Below are positions 48,204-64,000 of a stretch of DNA of 64,000 nt, piece after piece. The stretch's first letter is position 1. Every line of letters starts with the position of its first letter. Source of the stretch: Phaeosaccion multiseriatum (lineage: Eukaryota > Protista > Ochrophyta, other classes); contig OZ218951.1 in the NCBI GenBank assembly GCA_965112735.1, positions 310,001 to 374,000 on the forward strand, read 5' to 3'. A program made the position numbers and the translations under genes. Under the pieces are notes generated by a model that was not told the origin of the DNA, ran no database searches, and saw only the letters and a program-made list of their open reading frames with translations.

Positions 48204-49327
48204 ATGGCCACGATCGGACCGATGCCCCCTCCAGAGGCAGAGGCCGGATCCGAGGATAACGCTGCAGAGAGCGTGGCCTCGGACCCCGAGCTGCAGGCCG
48301 GCATTGCCCAGGCAGAGGCGCAGGTCCAGGCGAACGCACAGGACTACAATGCACACCTTCAGCTCGTCGCCCTTCTCCGACAAGCGGCCGCTGCTGCTCC
48401 TCAAGTGGGACAGCATCGGGAAAGGCTGCGTGCAGCGAGAGAGGCGTTTGCGGTGCAGTTCCCTCTCTCGCAAGAGCTGTGGAAGGCGTGGATCGACGAC
48501 GAGATGGCGGCAGCGGAGTCCGGGGGTTCCGCCGGCGATGGAGATGCCGCGCGGCTGAGTCGAGGGGAGATCAAGGCCCTGTACAAGAGGGCTTTCTCCG
48601 ACTACCAGTGCGCTCTGCTGTGGCCCGGCTACCTCGACTTGGTGGAGGAGGAGGGTGACGAGGCGGGGGAGGAGGCGGAAGGAGCCGCCGCCACGCGCAG
48701 AGCCATGGAGGCCGCAGGTGAGAAAGAGGGGATCACTGCCATGAGCAGCCGTAGGAGGGAATGGAAGGGGAACCGTGGCTAAGGTGTGCCTCTCTCACCC
48801 TCTCTCTCCCTCTCTCTCCCTCTCCCCCCCCCCCACCCCCTCTCTCTCTCCCTCTCTCTTTCTCCCTCTCTCGCCCCCCTCCTGCAGTGCTGGCGGTAGG
48901 GGTGCATCCCGTTGCGGCCCCCAAAGTGTGGGCCAAGTACCGCGCCTTCGAGGCGGACGAGCTCGAGGACGTGATGGAGGAGGATGGAAACACTCAGGTC
49001 AGGCAGTCAGGCATACGGACATGGCACCAGGCAGGCGTATTGCAGTCATATGGACAGGCAGAGGGAGAGCTCTTTCTTCAATGTGGGCGAGGGTAAGCCT
49101 TATTGGGACCCTGGTCCCCAACCAACCCCCCCCCCCGACCCTCCCTCCCTCTCTATCTTGTCCAGCAGGCTCAGCAGCTGGCCAAGCAGCGCCTGTTGAA
49201 GCTGTACAAGCGCCAACTGGCACTGCCCCTCCCGGGCAGTGATGAGCTGTGGGACGAGTACACAAAGGTGCCTACTTACCATCGGGTGGCATATGGGCAT
49301 GGGAGGGGTTGGCAGGGGATGGGATGG

Positions 49328-49387
<60 letters not shown>

Positions 49388-52300
49388 ATGGATGGATAGA
49401 TGGATGGATGGATGGATGGATGGATGGATGGATGGACGGATGGACGGATGGATGGTAGCTTACGTGTTTTGTCGTCTGTGTGGACACGCTCAGACGCTAG
49501 CGAAGGCGAGGCGATTCAAAGAGCACCGTTTTCTTGCAGACCCTCACCCGCTCCCCCCTCCCCCCCTACTCTCTGCCCTCTGACGGCGGCCCAGCTGCTG
49601 GGAGGGCAGAAGCTCGGCAAGGACGTCGTGGCAGAGCGGAAACGCACAGCCGCCGTGCTTGCCAAGCACACTGTCTTCGAGGACAAGCTGGCCCAGGCAC
49701 AAGCGGCAGCCGCTCAAGGTGAGGGGGTGGGCGATATATATATATATGGTTGGCTGGTTGTGGGTTCAATATTTTGCTACTGCCATGGTTCCCTCACCCT
49801 CCCCTCCTACTGCGCGCTTCCTTGTGCGGCCCTCAGCGCTGACCCCGCCCCCACTACCTGCACTCACACGCACACACACACACACACACGCACACACACA
49901 TACACATACACGCACACACATGCCCTGGTAAATGAACGAACGATCGATCGAACCAACGACAACGACGGGTCCGATCTGTCCTTCGTCGATCCTTCAGGCG
50001 GCGGCGCGGAGGGGGCGGGGGGCGGCGAGAGCGAGAGTGTACTGGCGCTGTGGATGCGCCACCTGCAACAGGAGCAGAAGGACGGTGACGACCTCGCTCG
50101 GCTGCAGTTCCTGTATGAGAGGGCCCTGAGTGAGGAGGCACAGTGCTGCTTGAGTCCGGCCGTGTGGACAGCCTACGCGGACCTGCTGCTACACACCCTG
50201 CGCAATCCGAGGGGGGAGGCGGAGGTGGCGGAGAGGGCCGTGAGGAACCTTCCGTGGGCGGGCGAGCTTTGGTGCAGGTATGGTTGTTGAGCTGCTGTTG
50301 AGCTGAGCTGCTCCTGCTTGCTGGTGAGCTGCTCAACGTGCTGTGTGCCATGTCGTCACTTTCCTCCCCTCTCCCTCTTTTTCTCTCTCCCTCTCTTCCT
50401 CTCGCCCGCCCATCCTCCTTCCCTCCCCCCCCCCCCCCAAAGGCTCATGCTGAGCAAGGAGAGGTGCGGTGGAGGGCCGGAGGAAGTGGGGCAAGTGTTG
50501 AACTTGGCCCTGCAGGGAGGCGGAGGGGAGGGCGGTGGAGGGAGGGCCTTTTCTCCGCTGCAGTCCGCCGATGACTACGTCAAGGTGCTGCTCACACACT
50601 GCGGCTCCGTCAGGAGGAAGCTCAGTAAGGCGCTGCGGGAGGGGGCGACGGGGATGGCAGTGGATGGCGAGGAGGGGGACGGGGCAGCTCTCGCGGTGAA
50701 GGGCGTGCAGACACTGCGAGCGGCCTTCTCCGTCGCCAAAGGCTTTATGGAGGGACGCTTCCCCGACTGGCCCGATGGGTGGTCCGCAGTGGCGAGGGCG
50801 GCCATCGCGGCGGAGGAAGAAGTGGTGCATCTGTATGCCTCTAGCATTGCTCCGGAGCTCGAGAGTGAGGCGCGCGAAGGCTGGGAGGAGCTGGTGAAGC
50901 ATAAGGGGTTGAGTCCTCAGGCCAAGGCGTGGATCGCTTATGCGGAGTGGGAGAGGAGTCAGCAGCAGCACCAGTTGGTGATACAGGAGGAGCAGGCGAC
51001 GACGACGACGATGAGTAAGAAGAAGAAGAAGAAGAAGCAGGAGGGGGCGGAGGCGCCGGGGGGTGCAGTGCGCGCCATCTTCAGCCGAGGTATGGGGGCC
51101 GTGAAGGACGACCCTCGATCGCTGTGCGCGGCGTGGCTGGCCTTTGAGGAGCAAGTGGGCACTCTCGACTCGCTGGACTCGGCGGCGAAGCGGGCGGGGA
51201 ACAAGCTCAGGGAGGTAGAGCAGGCGGAGAGGCGCCAGGCGGAAAAGGCCAGAAAGGACGAGATATGGAGACAGAAGCAGGCTGACAAGAAGGACAAAGG
51301 CAAGGGCAAAGGCAAGAGCGGCGCAGGCGGGCCCGAGCAAGCAGGTACGTCCTTCCGTCCACCTGACAAGAGAAGAGGGACGAGGGGATGGCACCTTACA
51401 AGAGAAGAGGGAAGAGGGGATGGCACCTGACAAGAGAAGAGGGAAGAGGGGATGGCACCTGACGAGAGAAGAGGGAAGAGGGGATGGCACCTTACACAAG
51501 AGAAGAGGGAAGAGGGGATGGCACCTTACACAAGAGAAGAGGAAAGGGGATGATGCGCTTGGCACCTCATCTTTTGCAATGAGACGGAGGGACTGTGGTG
51601 TTAGAATGGTCTTGCCCTTTGGGTAGCCACAGCGGATCACTCGTCGAGGGAGACACACCGCACCACCCCACCCCACCCCACCCCACCCGATACACCATCC
51701 ATGTGCCCTTGTGTCCTTGGCCGTCATGCTCAATGCCCATCTTTCTGACTTGTTTTGCGTGCCTTCTGCTGCCTTCTGCTGCCTTCTGCTGCCTTCTGCT
51801 GCCTTCTGCTGCCTTCTGCTGCCTTCTGCTGCCTTCTGCTGCCTTCTTTTGCATTCTGCTGCCTTCTGCTGCCTTCTGCTGCCTTCTGCTGCCTTCTGCA
51901 ACCTTCTTTTGCATTCTGCTGCCTTCTGTTGCCTTCTGCTGCCTTCTGCAACCTTCTTTTGCATTCTGCTGAATTCTGCTGCCTTCTGCTGCCTTCTGCT
52001 GCCTTCTGCTGCCTTCTCTTGCCTTCTGCTGCCTTCTGCTGCCTTCTGCAACCTTCTTTTGCATTCTGCTGCATTCTGCTGCCTTCTGCTGCCTTCTCTT
52101 GCCTTCTGCTGCCTTCTGCTGCCTTCTGCTGCCTTCTCTTGCCTTCTGCTGCCTTCTGCTGCCTTCTGCTACCTTCTGCTACCTTCTGCTGCCTTCTGCT
52201 ACCTTCTGCTACCTTCTGCTGCCTTCTTCTGCCTTCTGCAACCTTCTTCTGCCTTCTGCTGCCTTCTGCTGCCTTCTGCTGCCTTCTGCTGCCTTTTCTT

Positions 52301-53560
52301 GCCTTCTGCTGCCTTCTGCTGCCTTCTGTTGCCTTCTGCTGCCTTCTGCTGCCTTCTGCTGCCTTCTGTTGCCTTCTGCTGCCTGGCGCAACACCACCGG
52401 GGGGGGGAGGGGTGTCAAGAGGGGGCGCGAGACGGCAGCAGATGGACAGGTGAGGCAGCAGGACAGCAGAAAAGGAGTTGTTGGTCGTGTGCTGCCCTCT
52501 GGGCATTGCTCCTGTACTTGCTCCATCAGGGAAGGCGCTCGGCGTGTTCTGTTTTGGAAGTGTTCACTGTCGTTGTCCTGCCTCCATTTTTACTGTCTCT
52601 CTGGCTCCCTCTCATTCTATGCCTGTCTCTCTGTCTCTGACACCCCGCCCTTCCCTCCCTCAGGGCACCGCTGTCGATGCCATGGATGTGGAGGACGGGT
52701 CAGGAGGGGCGGAGAACAAGAAGAGGAAGAGGGACAAAGGCAGCAGCCAGGTACAGAGAGAGAGGCACCAAAAGACTGAGGCCACAGTCAGCTGCACGCC
52801 GCAGTGAGGCCACAGTGTGTGTAGGTTTTTGTTCGCTATAGCGCTGTGAAAAGGACGCGTTGGTGCTTTGCGTCCGGTCTGCGACGCGGGTGCTTGCTCG
52901 CTGACGCCCACATCCACTGCCATCTCCCCTCCTCGTGCAGAGAGAAGTGCTGTGTTCTCTCACTGTTGATGTCTGCCTCACGTCACAGCCTGTCCTTCAT
53001 CGAGAGCTTCTAAATTAACCCTTCCCTGTGCGTCTTTGATCCTGCTCCCAACGGCAATGGGGTCCTGTTTGTCCTGTCCTCCCTCTTCTTAGGAGCACAA
53101 GGAAGAGAAGGAGGAGGAGGAAGAGCAAGCGAAGGAGCTAAGGACAGTGTTCGTGCTCAACCTTCCCTACAGGGCCACGGAAGAAGAGGTCAAGGCCGTG
53201 TTTGACAAGTGCGGGCCCGTCAGGGAGGTCCGACTCCTGCGCAAGAAGGGCAAGACGGGGGGGACCACGCACAAGGGTATGGGCTATGTCGAGTTCGAGT
53301 TCGAGACCGCGGGGCGGCAGCAGGAGGGGGGGAAGGGAGGGGAGGGGGGTGGCAGTGGAGGGATGGGGTGTGTGGAACAGGCACTCCAGCTGCACGGACA
53401 CATGTTCCAAGGAAGACCCCTGCAGGTCACGAGAAGTGAGCCCGCTCCGCACGGGGCACCGCATCCACATGGTGAGCATGATGAGCAGATGGCAGCCGAT
53501 GGGGCGGCGCAGGAGGATGGTGCCGGGCCGAGGGGCAAGAGCAAGGGCAAGGGCAAGGGG

Positions 53561-53601
<41 letters not shown>

Positions 53602-54418
53602 GAAGCACCAGCCTGAGGAGACAGGGACGGAGAAGGGGAAGGGGAAGGGGAAGGGGAAGGGGAAGGGGAAGAAGGCCAAGGAGGGTGGCGGGGCCATTCC
53701 CGAGCTTGTGCACCCCTCGACGGTGTTCGTGACCGGCCTGGGGAAGGAGGTCGACGAGGAGCAGCTGCGAAGGGAGGGCGGCCGCTTCGCCGAGTGTGGG
53801 TCCATCAAGGCCGTGCATGTGGTGTTGGATAAGAAGACGCGAGTCAGCAAGGGGCAGGCGCTGGTGCAGTACGAAGATGAGGCAGGGTGTAACAAGGCGT
53901 TGAGTCTAGACCCTACTCTGCTTGACAAGGAGGAGCTAGGGGGTAGGGGCGCGAGTAAGGGAGGGGGGCACGGCGGCATTGTCATTAAGCCGTCCAAGTT
54001 CCCTGCTCTGCCGGACCCAGGGGCTGCTGTATCACCAACTGCTGCTCCTGCTCCCGCTGCTGCTCCTCCTACTGGTGGTCCTGCTGCTCCTCCTGCTGCT
54101 CGTCCTGCTGGAGGTGGTAGGGGTACTGGCAGGGGTGGAGGAGGCGCGAGCGGAGGGGAGAGGAGGTCCGTACTGTCCATCCAGCCTCGTGCCTTGATGC
54201 GGCCCCGATCTGCGGCGAGAGGGAGAGGGGGGCTGACGATGACGATGAGGGCAGCGGGAAACAAGGCGGGCAACACCACCAAGGAGGGGCCGGGGGGCGG
54301 ACAAGGAGGTGGGAAGGGGGCGCCAGACGGGGCGGCAGACGGGGAGTTAGCCGCAGGAGCAGGGGAGGAGGGCAAGGCGAAGACCAACGAGAACTTCCGA
54401 AAGCTCATGGGGCTGTGA
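48204..54418 (+). CDS. SART3: SART3/Prp24 U4/U6 recycling factor (HAT repeats + 2 RRM + LSm-binding tail)
   Basis: HAT motifs ([39 protein letters not shown]), RRM1 TVFVLNLPY...[11 protein letters not shown]2 TVFVTGL...KGQALVQY, C-terminal [10 protein letters not shown]. Confidence 0.93.
51360..51565 (+). repeat. ~30-bp intronic repeat, ~6 copies (acaagagaagagggaagaggggatggcacct)
   Basis: Begins just after a SART3 donor. Confidence 0.8.
51760..52383 (+). repeat. 10-bp satellite (gccttctgct), ~62 copies, in a SART3 intron
   Basis: Strict 10-bp period with substitutions. Confidence 0.95.
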
Positions 54419-54744
54419 CTTGGAAGGGGAGGGCTCATGAGGCTGTGAGAGCGAGAGGGACATGGTTGGAAGGGGAGGGCCTGAGAGAGTCAAGAGGTAC
54501 ATGGACGTACAGGCGAGGGGCTGAGAGAGTCAAGAGGTACATGGACGTACAGGCGAGGGGCTGGGACTGACCGAAGGGGTGGCGGGAGGGCCTTAAGGGA
54601 TTGGACATCCAGGGTATCTCCAGACACCCTGTTGGAGTATCTCCAGGGCACCCTGTTGGACAGGACATTCCCCACGCCACCTTCGTTTCCCCTGGCCAGG
54701 GAGGGGGAGGAGGGAGGGGGGGAGCGCGCTGGTTCAGATGAGCA

Positions 54745-54850
54745 GGACAGACAGTAACAGAAGTAGCAGCGTTAACGGGGACAGACAGTAACAGAAGTAG
54801 CAGCGTTAACGGGGACAGACAGTAACAGAAGTAGCAGCGTTAACAGGGAT
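54745..54850 (+). repeat. 33-bp tandem repeat x3 downstream of SART3
   Basis: gacagacagtaacagaagtagcagcgttaacgg repeated; a 40-bp x2 repeat lies at about 54480-54560. Confidence 0.85.
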
Positions 54851-55600
54851 AGCAGCAACAGGAGTACACGTGGTCATTGTACATACAACGTTTACAAAGT
54901 TTTCCGTGGGGGAGCAGGCTTGAGTTGGAGTGGGTACAGTACATCACTTCCACCAAAAGTACTAGAGAGGAGGGCACTGCCCGGTGGGTACGCGTGGTAG
55001 TGGGAGAGGGACAAGAGTGAGGGAGAGACGGAGAGAAGGGATAATGATATTATTGTTCGTAAAGGGAAGAGCCGTCAAACTCCAAGCCCCCCCCCCGGGG
55101 GCCACATTTGAAAGGCCAGGTGGGCGCCGACGAGGAAGACATCTGAAGGGAGGATGCGTCTGGATGGGCACCCGGCTTGTATTTAGTACCGAACCGAACT
55201 TCTCATCTGCCTCCTGTTGCCATGTTGCGACGGTGTGAACATGTGGCGGGGCGACGCCTTGAAGTATCAAATCGCGGAAACAAAAAATTTAAGTTTCACC
55301 CTTTTTGGGGCGGGACGTCAGTGTTGGCAATTTTGCAAACTATAGAGAAGAAGACATTCAAACCAGAAGAGAGCAAAGGAGTGATGTAGCAGAGTGAAGA
55401 GACTGCAGAGGGGCGTAGACTTGCGCTATTCGCAGTGGAGTGCTTTTTTTCTGCCATCTCCTTTGACACATGTTTCAAATAGGGGGAAGGGAGCAATAGC
55501 ACAGGCCGAGCAACAGCTCCATTAAGCTGGGCGACCCTCTGGGAGGGGAGCATATATACACACCATCGGGGGTTAGGGCTTTCTTCGTACGCTGGGAGAG

Positions 55601-64000
<8,400 letters not shown>

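Noticed and set aside
50333-52640. Long ORFs such as the 572-aa QKAAEGSRR and LLPSAAFCC repeat proteins
   Set aside because: They are translations of the 10-bp intronic satellite and the antisense of a SART3 exon.
31389-54418. Functional RNA-processing cluster (dusA, tRNase Z, SART3)
   Set aside because: Predicted compartments differ and an unrelated transporter intervenes; chance adjacency is sufficient.

Overview
Eukaryotic, GC-rich, intron-dense nuclear DNA. It is probably from a photosynthetic stramenopile (ochrophyte); this is inferred from a bipartite plastid-type leader on DusA and from WRKY19-like and algal ankyrin-like families. Genes assembled by hand from GT-AG exons, in order: partial F-box/ankyrin-like gene (-), RFC2 (-), SOUL heme-binding protein (+), HIRA (+), a WRKY19-like Zn-finger pseudogene split by a 5'-truncated CRE-like retrotransposon, an intronless SUVR3/SETMAR-like SET gene (-), DCAF15-like (-), DusA (+), an MFS transporter (+), short-form tRNase Z (-), SART3/Prp24 (+) and a GPI with a long N-terminal extension (+, runs off the window). 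Most ORF-track entries are artefacts of microsatellites and introns. The strongest unexplained signal is a 14-20 bp motif, (AG)CAGTTGGTGATACA(GCAG), found 11 times exactly on both strands in exons, introns and intergenic DNA. Also notable are a triplicated 587-bp unit carrying a long GNRA-capped hairpin tied to a TCGA-bounded MITE family, and repeated tandem duplication of splice donors. All exon boundaries are manual calls without RNA evidence.
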